Shown here: positions 1 through 7,165 of the stretch, piece by piece
How the letters are laid out: the number at the start of each line of letters is the position of its first letter
Numbering within the stretch: the stretch's first letter is position 1
IMG/VR virus record: IMGVR_UViG_2199352004_000009
DNA from: an uncultured virus (IMG/VR IMGVR_UViG_2199352004_000009)
Lineage: Duplodnaviria; Heunggongvirae; Uroviricota; Caudoviricetes
Strand: one strand, 5' to 3'
Length of the DNA: 64,000 nucleotides
Notes under the pieces: generated by a model
Told to the model about the DNA's origin: nothing
The model's database searches: none
What the model saw: only the letters and a program-made list of their open reading frames with translations
Made by a program: the position numbers and the translations under genes

Positions 1-629
1 CTGATTTTTATACAAAGTATATAGAAGATAAGTTAGAAGTAAAACAATTTAGTCTTTATAATGGAGACTATTCCTATCTTTTAAAAGACAGTGTATTAGT
101 TAGTGGACATTTAATGGATTCAAATTATGGACCTATTTTATATCCTGCTATTCCAATAGATGTATTGAAACAATCTATACCTGAGTTTTTATCAAAGTTA
201 TCTAATACTTCTATAGAATTGTACAAGAAACTTATTTCTGGGTGTCCTAGAAAAATAGAAAATGTTAAAGACTTATTTTGGTGGTTTGAATATGCTGTAA
301 ATTATCAAAATGAACAACTTTCTATGATATTGGAAACAGAAGATCTAGTTATCGACAAAAACATCTTTTATTTTAGTTGTAGTAAGGACTGGAATGATTA
401 TTCTGTTTCTACACCAATTGAAGAAAAGTGGTTTGGATACGATTATAGAGATTTTAAAATGCCGCTAAAACAGCAACTTTATAAATTCACTAAAGATACA
501 TATTATACAGAAAATAAAATAAAAGTTCCTTCTTGGCGTAGATATAGGACTGGTTTACAAAGAAAAAAAGAACCTGTTTATATAAATACAGACTGGGTTC
601 GCGGATGGGGTGTTAGATCTTTTAAATAA
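1..629 (+). CDS. 5'-truncated ORF, asparagine-synthetase-like / adenine-nucleotide alpha-hydrolase-like phage protein (C-terminal part)
   Basis: The frame is open from position 3 to the stop at 629, so the track's start at 114 is probably internal. VSGHLMDSNYG and the C-terminal KMPLKQQLYKFTKDTYY..NKIKVPS resemble phage Asn-synthase-like proteins (recognition only). Confidence 0.45.
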   Translation, partial: DFYTKYIEDKLEVKQFSLYNGDYSYLLKDSVLVSGHLMDSNYGPILYPAIPIDVLKQSIPEFLSKLSNTSIELYKKLISGCPRKIENVKDLFWWFEYAVNYQNEQLSMILETEDLVIDKNIFYFSCSKDWNDYSVSTPIEEKWFGYDYRDFKMPLKQQLYKFTKDTYYTENKIKVPSWRRYRTGLQRKKEPVYINTDWVRGWGVRSFK

Positions 630-638
630 AAATGAATT

Positions 639-1094
639 ATGGCAAATATACAATTTAAAATAGAACCAGTTTTAAGTGTCAAACCAGAAATGGAAATTTT
701 GTTACTTGATCATTATGAAGAATTAACACTTAACAAGTCTGTAGTAAAACTCAATCCAGACTGGGAAGACTATGATAGACTTGAACTTGCTAAAAAATTT
801 ATACTAATAACTGTTAGATTAGAATCTGCACTTATTGGTTACATTGCGTTTTTTATAAAACCACATATTCATTACAAAGATTTGATTGTTGCTAGTAATG
901 ATGTTTTATACCTAAAAAAAGAATATCGATTAGGTATGACTGGTGTTAGAATGCTAAAATATGCAGAGCAAACTGTAAAAGAACTTGGTGCCGATAAAAT
1001 CACATGGCATGTAAAACATTCATCTGATTTTAGACCAATTCTACATAGAATGGGATATATTGATGAAGATATTATTGTAGGTAAAATACTATGA
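639..1094 (+). CDS. GNAT-family acetyltransferase
   Basis: 151 aa. DVLYLKKEYRLGMTGVRMLKYAE resembles GNAT motif A, and C-terminal ILHRMGY is typical. Confidence 0.75.
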   Translation: MANIQFKIEPVLSVKPEMEILLLDHYEELTLNKSVVKLNPDWEDYDRLELAKKFILITVRLESALIGYIAFFIKPHIHYKDLIVASNDVLYLKKEYRLGMTGVRMLKYAEQTVKELGADKITWHVKHSSDFRPILHRMGYIDEDIIVGKIL

Positions 1095-1714
1095 ATGTTT
1101 CTGATCTATACGCAAAATTGAAATTCACAGATTCTCAGTTACAAGCTATTGTTGGTATATACAATAATCATTTTAAATCAATGATGCCAAACACTTATGC
1201 TGGTAAGGGAATAATTGCCCTTTGGTATAAAGATGCTACATGGGAAACTGGTAAAGGTGCTGATGCTAACCACAACCATGTTGGAATTATTTCTAAAGAA
1301 TGCCAACATGATCCTCTATGGCAGCAATTTGCTGACATACTACCATATATGGGTAAATCCGCAACAATAACTAAAATAAATTCTGGTGCAGTAATGTACC
1401 CTCATGTTGATAGAAAATGGAGACCTGAAGCAATATATTTTCCTATTTCTGGCTGTTCAAAAAAATGCGTTTCTGAATATTATGATTTACCTAAGATCGA
1501 TACTAATAACAGTCAAGGTGTTGGCTTTTTTCCAAAGCCTGTGGCAGAATATTCAGTTTATGAACATGCATATTTGACTAATGTTCATGAATGGCATTCT
1601 GTTAAGAATAAAAGTCAATATGAAAGAGTTGCTCTCGGATGGAACTTTAAGAGTCCAGATATGTCATATAAACAATGTTACTCAATTCTTGAACGATTAG
1701 GATATATTGCATGA
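1091..1714 (+). CDS. 2OG-Fe(II) oxygenase-like (DSBH) protein
   Basis: HxD (PHVD), distal His (WHSV) and a downstream Arg; 4-nt ATGA overlap with the previous gene. Confidence 0.6.
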   Translation: MNVSDLYAKLKFTDSQLQAIVGIYNNHFKSMMPNTYAGKGIIALWYKDATWETGKGADANHNHVGIISKECQHDPLWQQFADILPYMGKSATITKINSGAVMYPHVDRKWRPEAIYFPISGCSKKCVSEYYDLPKIDTNNSQGVGFFPKPVAEYSVYEHAYLTNVHEWHSVKNKSQYERVALGWNFKSPDMSYKQCYSILERLGYIA

Positions 1715-2334
1715 GTCACTTCTCAGAGACACTATATCAACCACTATATCCAGGCTGGTATTATAGTTATGTTGACATCCCAGATTATGAAGATATACAA
1801 AAAGAATTATTATCACTGTTACATTCTGGGATAAAGGGTAAACAAACGAATCCAGATTACTATAATGTTTACAAATATCAAATGATAACAACATGTCCTA
1901 AACTTTTTAAATATCTAAGTGATGTTGGTATTCTTAATAAGTTTCAACGAGTTTTATTTTCAACAAATGTTAAAAGAAGTGACGTTGTTCATGTGGATGG
2001 GTTTCATCCAATAACAAGAAACCACTTTTCATTAAATATTCCATTAATTGATTGCGAAAATTCTTATACTGCTTTTTACAAGTATGATAAACCAAATTTA
2101 ACGTGTCATGCCATAACATATCATCATTTTGCTTACACTACTATGGACACAGTTGAGGAGGTAGCTAGGGTTGAGTGTATTAGACCTGTTCTTGTAAACA
2201 CCACCATTTTACATAGAGGGATATCTGATAAATTATCAAGAACACTTGTTGGATTGCGTTTTCATCCTGCATTGACTGTACAAGAATTAAGAAATCTTGG
2301 TATAAAAAATCCATTGGTTCAAGAAGATGTTTAA
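1711..2334 (+). CDS. 2OG-Fe(II) oxygenase-like protein
   Basis: VHVDG ... SLNIPL ... NTTILHRG ... R pattern; ATGA overlap. Confidence 0.6.
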   Translation: MSHFSETLYQPLYPGWYYSYVDIPDYEDIQKELLSLLHSGIKGKQTNPDYYNVYKYQMITTCPKLFKYLSDVGILNKFQRVLFSTNVKRSDVVHVDGFHPITRNHFSLNIPLIDCENSYTAFYKYDKPNLTCHAITYHHFAYTTMDTVEEVARVECIRPVLVNTTILHRGISDKLSRTLVGLRFHPALTVQELRNLGIKNPLVQEDV

Positions 2335-2824
2335 TAAACTAAATTTAACTTTTCCGATTATTAATTATTCTGGTGGACAACACATAATTACGTATGGTAG
2401 ATCTCCTTCGTTAACATATTATACAGTTTCAGCTAAGTTAGATCTATCAATGTTTAAGTATAAACCAACGATACGGTATTGTGAAATTGTTGGTGGAGGT
2501 TTTTTGCGTCCGCATATAGATCATGCAATAACATGTTGTGTTAATTTTTATATTCAATCTAATAGTTGCACTACTCATTTTTATGAAGCGCAGGCTGGCG
2601 CAAGGAGAGAACGATATAATGGAAAGACTACGTCAAATTTATACGATGTGAATGATCTCAATGAAGTTTCTTCGTTTGTGGCGGCAGATGGTGATTGCTA
2701 TTTGTTAGATGTTAGTCAGATACATTCAGTTAGTATCCCAAAATCTGGTGTTAGAAAGTTTCTTAGCTTTAACTGGTTTGACCACTCATACGAAGAAATC
2801 AAAGAAAGTTTGACTTGCAATTAA
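2327..2824 (+). CDS. 2OG-Fe(II) oxygenase-like protein
   Basis: PHIDH ... DVSQIHSV ... RKFLS pattern. Confidence 0.6.
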   Translation: MFNKLNLTFPIINYSGGQHIITYGRSPSLTYYTVSAKLDLSMFKYKPTIRYCEIVGGGFLRPHIDHAITCCVNFYIQSNSCTTHFYEAQAGARRERYNGKTTSNLYDVNDLNEVSSFVAADGDCYLLDVSQIHSVSIPKSGVRKFLSFNWFDHSYEEIKESLTCN

Positions 2825-2838
2825 ATTTGTAGTATAAT
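2810..2838 (+). promoter_or_regulatory. sigma70-type (early) promoter, probably leaderless transcript
   Basis: TTGACT (2810-2815), 17 nt, TATAAT (2833-2838). The ATG at 2845 follows after 6 nt with no SD. Confidence 0.8.
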
Positions 2839-2844
2839 TACTAC

Positions 2845-3498
2845 ATGAAGACATTTATACACCATGATCTACCCAAGCTCGAACGCACCACTGCTGCCAA
2901 TGGCACACGAGTATATAAAACACCGACGGGTAGAGCCTATCCATCGGTCACAACCGTTACGTCCCTACATTCAGCAAAAGGAATTGCAGAATGGCGGCGC
3001 AGAGTTGGTAATGAAGAAGCGAATAGGGTATCCGCAAGAGCATCTTCCAGAGGAACAAGAGTTCACACCCTCTGTGAACATTATCTGCTAGGTAAGAATC
3101 CTGAACCAGATATTTTTGATGCAGAGATTTTCAATTCAATGAAACTCTGGTTAAATGATATTGATAACATCCACTGTTTAGAAACTCCACTATATTCTGA
3201 CTTCTTGGAAGTGGCGGGAACTGTAGACTGCATTGCTGAATTCCAAGGCAAGCTGTCAGTTATAGATTTTAAAACTGCAAATAAGCCCAAAGACAGGGAA
3301 GATATATATAATTACTTTATGCAAACAGCGGCATACGCAGTTGCATTTGAAGAACGCACAGGCATTCCAATTGGTAGACTAGTGATTATTATGGGTGTGG
3401 AAAACGATGATCCACGACTGTTTATTGAGAAACGTGACAACTGGATCGGAGGATTTAGAAAGTTACGTCTAGAATACAAGAATGCCCACAATATTTGA
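2845..3498 (+). CDS. PD-(D/E)XK exonuclease (Cas4-like fold, common in T4-like phages)
   Basis: YPSVTTV, RGTRVH, AGTVDCIAE, IDFKT and YFMQTAAYA motifs. Confidence 0.85.
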   Translation: MKTFIHHDLPKLERTTAANGTRVYKTPTGRAYPSVTTVTSLHSAKGIAEWRRRVGNEEANRVSARASSRGTRVHTLCEHYLLGKNPEPDIFDAEIFNSMKLWLNDIDNIHCLETPLYSDFLEVAGTVDCIAEFQGKLSVIDFKTANKPKDREDIYNYFMQTAAYAVAFEERTGIPIGRLVIIMGVENDDPRLFIEKRDNWIGGFRKLRLEYKNAHNI

Positions 3499-3523
3499 CT
3501 TGTAAATCATTAAAGGGTATACT
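3495..3523 (+). promoter_or_regulatory. sigma70-type promoter (candidate tmRNA promoter)
   Basis: TTGACT (3495-3500), 17 nt, TATACT (3518-3523). Confidence 0.65.
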
Positions 3524-3524
3524 T

Positions 3525-3734
3525 ATGTTATACATCGATTATAATTTTGATCTTGAAGATGGATATATTTTGTTTGATGAAGAATTGCATCTTGCATCGC
3601 AGGAAAAGAAACCTGATCGAATTTGGGGTTCATTACCTAAAGGATGGAAAGATGGAGACATGTTTAAATTACAGGTCAACGGTAGCGGTAGAGTAATGCT
3701 TGTGAAAGCAACTCAACCCAACGGTGGCTTATAA
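3525..3734 (+). CDS. hypothetical protein (69 aa)
   Basis: ORF from ATG 3525. The track's TTG start at 3495 coincides with the -35 box. Confidence 0.55.
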   Translation: MLYIDYNFDLEDGYILFDEELHLASQEKKPDRIWGSLPKGWKDGDMFKLQVNGSGRVMLVKATQPNGGL

Positions 3735-3812
3735 GGAATTGTTGTAATCCCTTCAAAGCGAAGGACTTCTGGACGCGAGTTCGACTCTCGCCACCTCCAC
3801 CATAAGGATTGT

Positions 3813-3971
3813 ATGGATGAGCAGGATAAATTGAAAGAGTTACAGGAACATCTAGCAAAAGATTTGGTTCATTTGGAAGAAAATGAATCACTATCAGAAC
3901 AGCAGTTAGATAAAATAACTGACACTTATTCAAAAGTCTATGACATCGTTACAAAAATAAAATCTTTATGA
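3813..3971 (+). CDS. 52-aa ORF inside the tmRNA intervening segment (MDEQDKLKELQEHLAKDLVHLEENESLSEQQLDKITDTYSKVYDIVTKIKSL)
   Basis: ATG 3813 to TGA 3969-3971, preceded by TAAGGA (3803-3808, short spacing). Fills 159 of 170 nt of the segment; helical, charged composition. Confidence 0.55.
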   Translation: MDEQDKLKELQEHLAKDLVHLEENESLSEQQLDKITDTYSKVYDIVTKIKSL

Positions 3972-4077
3972 TGGGGGTGCCTTGGTTTCGACAGAGGTAG
4001 ATAGTAGAGACGGCAACACGGGAATGTGAAACCCGTAGGATTGGGGAAACTCGGTCGAAGAAGCAAAAGAAGTAAAT

Positions 4078-4110
4078 GCAAACGACACAGTCTACGCATT
4101 AGCAGCCTAA
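4078..4110 (+). other. tmRNA proteolysis tag reading frame ANDTVYALAA*
   Basis: TAAAT immediately before the resume codon, then GCA AAC GAC ACA GTC TAC GCA TTA GCA GCC TAA. The stop lies in the loop of hairpin AGCAGC/GCTGCT. Matches the E. coli-type ANDENYALAA tag. Confidence 0.92.
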
Positions 4111-4175
4111 ACGCTGCTTAGGGTTTCGGTAGGTTTCCTCGTAACAGAATAACCTACCACTAATAAGGAAACTAG

Positions 4176-4670
4176 ATGTTAGGTATTGTTTTAGGTAATG
4201 GTCCAAGCAAATCTGCATATAATCGTTCTGGTGATATTGTCATTGGCTGTAACTTTCCAGGTGAATTTAGTGTTGATGCTACTGTAGTGTGCGATGAAGA
4301 GATTGTTTTTATATTGAAAAACAATCCAGAGGCTATAACATGCCCCATGATTGTTAGCACTAAAGTTTATTCTAAGATGAAAGAATATAAGATTGAAGAC
4401 AAGTACACCATCTTAGCTGTTTTTAAACCAAGAGATTGGTTTAATGCTGCTCACTATGCAGCAAACTATCTTCTTACTATCGGATGTGCTCAGATAGATA
4501 TATGGGGATGTGATTCTATTTTTGCTGATACTACAGAATCAACCACAGACATTATTATAAGTAAAGAAGACAAGAGTGATATGAGGTTTATAAGAAATTG
4601 GAGAAAAGTTTGGACTGACATTTTTGCCAACAATCCAATGACATTGTTCAAAGTAATAAAATATCAATAG
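4176..4670 (+). CDS. hypothetical protein with N-terminal GNGPS Rossmann-like motif (DUF115/glycosyltransferase-like)
   Basis: VLGNGPS ... IGCN ... IWGCDS; SD AAGGA upstream. Confidence 0.5.
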   Translation: MLGIVLGNGPSKSAYNRSGDIVIGCNFPGEFSVDATVVCDEEIVFILKNNPEAITCPMIVSTKVYSKMKEYKIEDKYTILAVFKPRDWFNAAHYAANYLLTIGCAQIDIWGCDSIFADTTESTTDIIISKEDKSDMRFIRNWRKVWTDIFANNPMTLFKVIKYQ

Positions 4671-4679
4671 GAGATAAAC

Positions 4680-4868
4680 ATGAAATTTTTAATAGCAACA
4701 CTGGCTTTGGTTTTCGCTGGAATAGCATATGCTGCAGAGCCTGCAAAACCTCCAGCAAAAAAAGCACCTGTAGAAAAGAAGTGCGATCCGCTGAAACAAA
4801 AAGACTGCACGAAAGCTGAACCTTCTGCAAATAAGCCAGTGCCAAAAAAGAAGGCAGAGCCTAAATAA
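4680..4868 (+). CDS. small exported Pro/Lys-rich protein
   Basis: SD AGGAG; signal peptide MKFLIATLALVFAGIAYA; CDPLKQKDC. Confidence 0.65.
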   Translation: MKFLIATLALVFAGIAYAAEPAKPPAKKAPVEKKCDPLKQKDCTKAEPSANKPVPKKKAEPK

Positions 4869-5025
4869 TATACAGGCATGGTCGGAGCCTATAATCCGAC
4901 TAGTCACCACCCTGCACACTTTGAGACTCAGTTGAGTCTCATATCTTAAGTTTTAACACCCCAGACTATTGGCAAGTCTATCTGAAGCAGAAGTGGGAAT
5001 AACTCACTTCATAAAGGAGAGATAA

Positions 5026-5595
5026 ATGCAAAAAGAAAAGAAATATCTATTATTTCAAATTTTAGTTGCAGTGTTTAGTATTTGCGTTATGCTTTACACC
5101 GCTAAAACTATTGGTTCTAAGGAACCAAGATTACTTAATGTTGCTTACTCAGAATTAACACCATCTGCCAAGAAACAAATTGATTGTCTTGCGGATAATA
5201 TATATTATGAATCAGCTTATGAACCTGAACGTGGCCAAGTCGCTGTTGCTCTAGTGACCTTAAATAGAGTTAACCATCCAGCATTTCCAAAAGACGTGTG
5301 TGGTGTTGTCAAGCAGAAAACAAACTCTACTTGTCAATTTTCTTGGTTTTGTATGAATGTGCCTCATAAAAACAGCGCAGTATATGAAGAAGTTAGGAGA
5401 GTTGCCCTGCATGTCTACTCAAACTATGAAAACATAGTAGACATAACAAAGGGATCTCTTTATTATCATGCAGATTATGTAAATCCAGGATGGAAACTGC
5501 ATAAGACTGTTGTTATTGGACGTCATATATTTTATAAAGGTAATGACAATGATGCAAAAACTAAACCTCCAACTAAAGGAAGATCAGAATTCTAA
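5026..5595 (+). CDS. SleB-like cell wall hydrolase (Hydrolase_2)
   Basis: CLADNIYYES, VALVTLNRV, CQFSWFC, YYHADYVNPGW and IGRHIFY; N-terminal TM segment; SD AAGGAG. Confidence 0.9.
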   Translation: MQKEKKYLLFQILVAVFSICVMLYTAKTIGSKEPRLLNVAYSELTPSAKKQIDCLADNIYYESAYEPERGQVAVALVTLNRVNHPAFPKDVCGVVKQKTNSTCQFSWFCMNVPHKNSAVYEEVRRVALHVYSNYENIVDITKGSLYYHADYVNPGWKLHKTVVIGRHIFYKGNDNDAKTKPPTKGRSEF

Positions 5596-6109
5596 ACATT
5601 CTTTCTTCTTGTTGATGGAAGATATTACGTTAGAATCTTGTAAGGGTGCGGTTGAGTGGATCTTTGAGTGTAATTTCGGGGAACAACGACCTGATATGCT
5701 TAACTTAGTTATTTGTTCTCCAGGTGGAGATCTTAATGCTGCGTTTGCATTGGTTGATACTATGCGTGGATCTGCTATTCCAATTAGAACTATTGGTCTT
5801 GGACAAATTGCTTCTGCTGGATTAATGATCTTTATTTCTGGTGATAAGGGTCAACGAATTCTTACACCAAATACTTCTATTCTTTCACATCAGTACTCAT
5901 GGGGTGCTTTTGGTAAGGAACATGAATTATTTGCACAGATTAAAGAATTTGATTTAACCACAAAGCGAATGATTGCGCATTATAAAAAGTGTACTGGATT
6001 AACAGATGCTAAAATCAGAGAAGTTCTTTTGCCTCCACAAGATGTTTGGCTAAGCGCTAATGAAGCTAAAAAGTTAGGATTATGCGATGATGTTAAAGAA
6101 TTATCTTAA
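5549..6109 (+). CDS. clpP: ClpP-family serine protease subunit
   Basis: ICSPGGD, GQIASAG (catalytic Ser), LSHQ (His) and DVWLSANEAKKLGLCD. Start chosen at ATG 5549 after AAAGG; overlaps the hydrolase 3' end. Confidence 0.88.
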   Translation: MMQKLNLQLKEDQNSKHSFFLLMEDITLESCKGAVEWIFECNFGEQRPDMLNLVICSPGGDLNAAFALVDTMRGSAIPIRTIGLGQIASAGLMIFISGDKGQRILTPNTSILSHQYSWGAFGKEHELFAQIKEFDLTTKRMIAHYKKCTGLTDAKIREVLLPPQDVWLSANEAKKLGLCDDVKELS

Positions 6110-6269
6110 ACATTCTGGAATGTGGATTGGGTTTGTTGTTAACCCTTTCCATTGGGAAGTTCGTTTTACTACGATACAACCCGATGACCTGAACCCAAAA
6201 GCACATGGGTTCTATTTGTCTCTTGGTCCATTTTGGGCAAGAGTTGTTATTGATGATGGAGAATGGTAA
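6087..6269 (+). CDS. hypothetical protein
   Basis: Short ORF tightly packed in the operon. Confidence 0.55.
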   Translation: MMLKNYLKHSGMWIGFVVNPFHWEVRFTTIQPDDLNPKAHGFYLSLGPFWARVVIDDGEW

Positions 6270-6484
6270 TTATGGAAAAAGATATGATCGCGTTTTGGCT
6301 TTGTTTGTGTTTGACGGTGATGACGTTAATTGGTTGCACTGCCTATTACAATTACAATCAGACGCAAGCAATTAGGGCTAATATTGAGGTTGCTCTCGGG
6401 AAAGGAATTGATCCTCTTTCTGTTCGCTGCGCATACTCGAACAGCCAAGACACTGTTTGCATAGCCTACGCTGCAAGAAAGTAA
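6263..6484 (+). CDS. hypothetical membrane protein
   Basis: N-terminal hydrophobic helix; GIDPLSVRCAY. Confidence 0.6.
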   Translation: MVIMEKDMIAFWLCLCLTVMTLIGCTAYYNYNQTQAIRANIEVALGKGIDPLSVRCAYSNSQDTVCIAYAARK

Positions 6485-6529
6485 TCCTTACGTATACCCC
6501 TACTGATGTAGGGGTCATTAATTTAGATG

Positions 6530-6558
6530 TTGACTTTTATTCCCTTTTAGGGTATAAT
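6530..6558 (+). promoter_or_regulatory. sigma70-type promoter, probably leaderless transcript
   Basis: TTGACT (6530-6535), 17 nt, TATAAT (6553-6558); ATG at 6565. Confidence 0.8.
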
Positions 6559-6564
6559 AAGTTT

Positions 6565-6897
6565 ATGATGATCTTTACTACTCCAGGTAAGTCCAAGAAA
6601 CGTAAACAAACAGCAGCGCAGCGTGAGTTGCAAGCTGAGTGGGATCGTATGCTTGATAAGTATAAACCCAAGAAAGTTGTAGCACCTGCAACTGAGTATA
6701 AACAACCAAAACCTTACATCCGTGAAACAGCTAAGATTCCAAGTCTTAATTCTGTAGGCGGTAGTACTGCTCTAAAACCTTCTCCTGTTTACACTGGAGA
6801 TAAACTCATGGGTATCGGGACTATGCACAAGTCCAATTCTGTACCAATTTTTTCAAACCAAGAAGCTAAGGAAATCGCTACAATGCGAAGAGGATAA
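6565..6897 (+). CDS. basic hypothetical protein of T4-like phages
   Basis: In frame with track ORF 6457; true start placed after the promoter. C-terminal YTGDKLMGIGTMHKSNSVPIF motif. Confidence 0.7.
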   Translation: MMIFTTPGKSKKRKQTAAQRELQAEWDRMLDKYKPKKVVAPATEYKQPKPYIRETAKIPSLNSVGGSTALKPSPVYTGDKLMGIGTMHKSNSVPIFSNQEAKEIATMRRG

Positions 6898-6898
6898 A

Positions 6899-7165
6899 AT
6901 GCACACATCTTATAATGAACTTGTTAATGCATCGACTTATGGTGACACCAATAAACTTGTTAGTTTATATCAGTCACTTGTTGTTGATAAAATGCGGCTT
7001 GATAAATTCTTCAGTATGTTTTTGGATAAGTTTTCCGACAAGATGGATCCAAAGGTCACTAACACCAACATCTGGAAACTTTACAATAAGAAAACCAAAG
7101 AGTATGCTGACTTGGAACAAGTCATTAAGGCAGCTGAGTATTACCTAAAGAAGAATCATGTTTAA
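6899..7165 (+). CDS. hypothetical protein
   Basis: 88-aa ORF in the operon. Confidence 0.6.
   Translation: MHTSYNELVNASTYGDTNKLVSLYQSLVVDKMRLDKFFSMFLDKFSDKMDPKVTNTNIWKLYNKKTKEYADLEQVIKAAEYYLKKNHV

Larger units (their letters stand above)
3741..4158 (+). ncRNA. ssrA: tmRNA, circularly permuted two-piece gene (acceptor piece ~3741-3802, intervening segment 3803-3972, coding piece 3973-~4158)
   Basis: T-arm GCGAG-TTCGACT-CTCGC (3775-3791) and 3' end CACCTCC-A-CCA (3792-3802) lie UPSTREAM of the 5' end GGGGGTG (3973-3979). These strands pair 7/7 with the Ala-identity G3.U wobble. CAGAGGT (3992-3998) pairs with ACTTCTG (3765-3771). Tag frame at 4078-4110; terminal hairpin GGTAGGTT/AACCTACC (4128-4158). 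Outer ends are approximate. Confidence 0.93.

Noticed and set aside
2845..3498. Cas4-like nuclease as sign of a CRISPR-Cas system
   Set aside because: No repeat-spacer array or other cas genes were seen; this is the usual stand-alone exonuclease of T4-like phages.
3771..3802. Apparent tRNA 3' half or attP-like tRNA fragment
   Set aside because: It pairs with GGGGGTG at 3973 and belongs to the permuted tmRNA. There is no anticodon arm and no integrase in the window.
3676..3933. 85-aa minus-strand ORF containing GGGGESRTRVQK
   Set aside because: It is the antisense reading of the tmRNA T-arm and acceptor end, a typical shadow ORF.
6457..6564. N-terminal extension of track ORF 6457..6897
   Set aside because: It spans a palindrome and a consensus promoter; ATG 6565 is the more plausible start.
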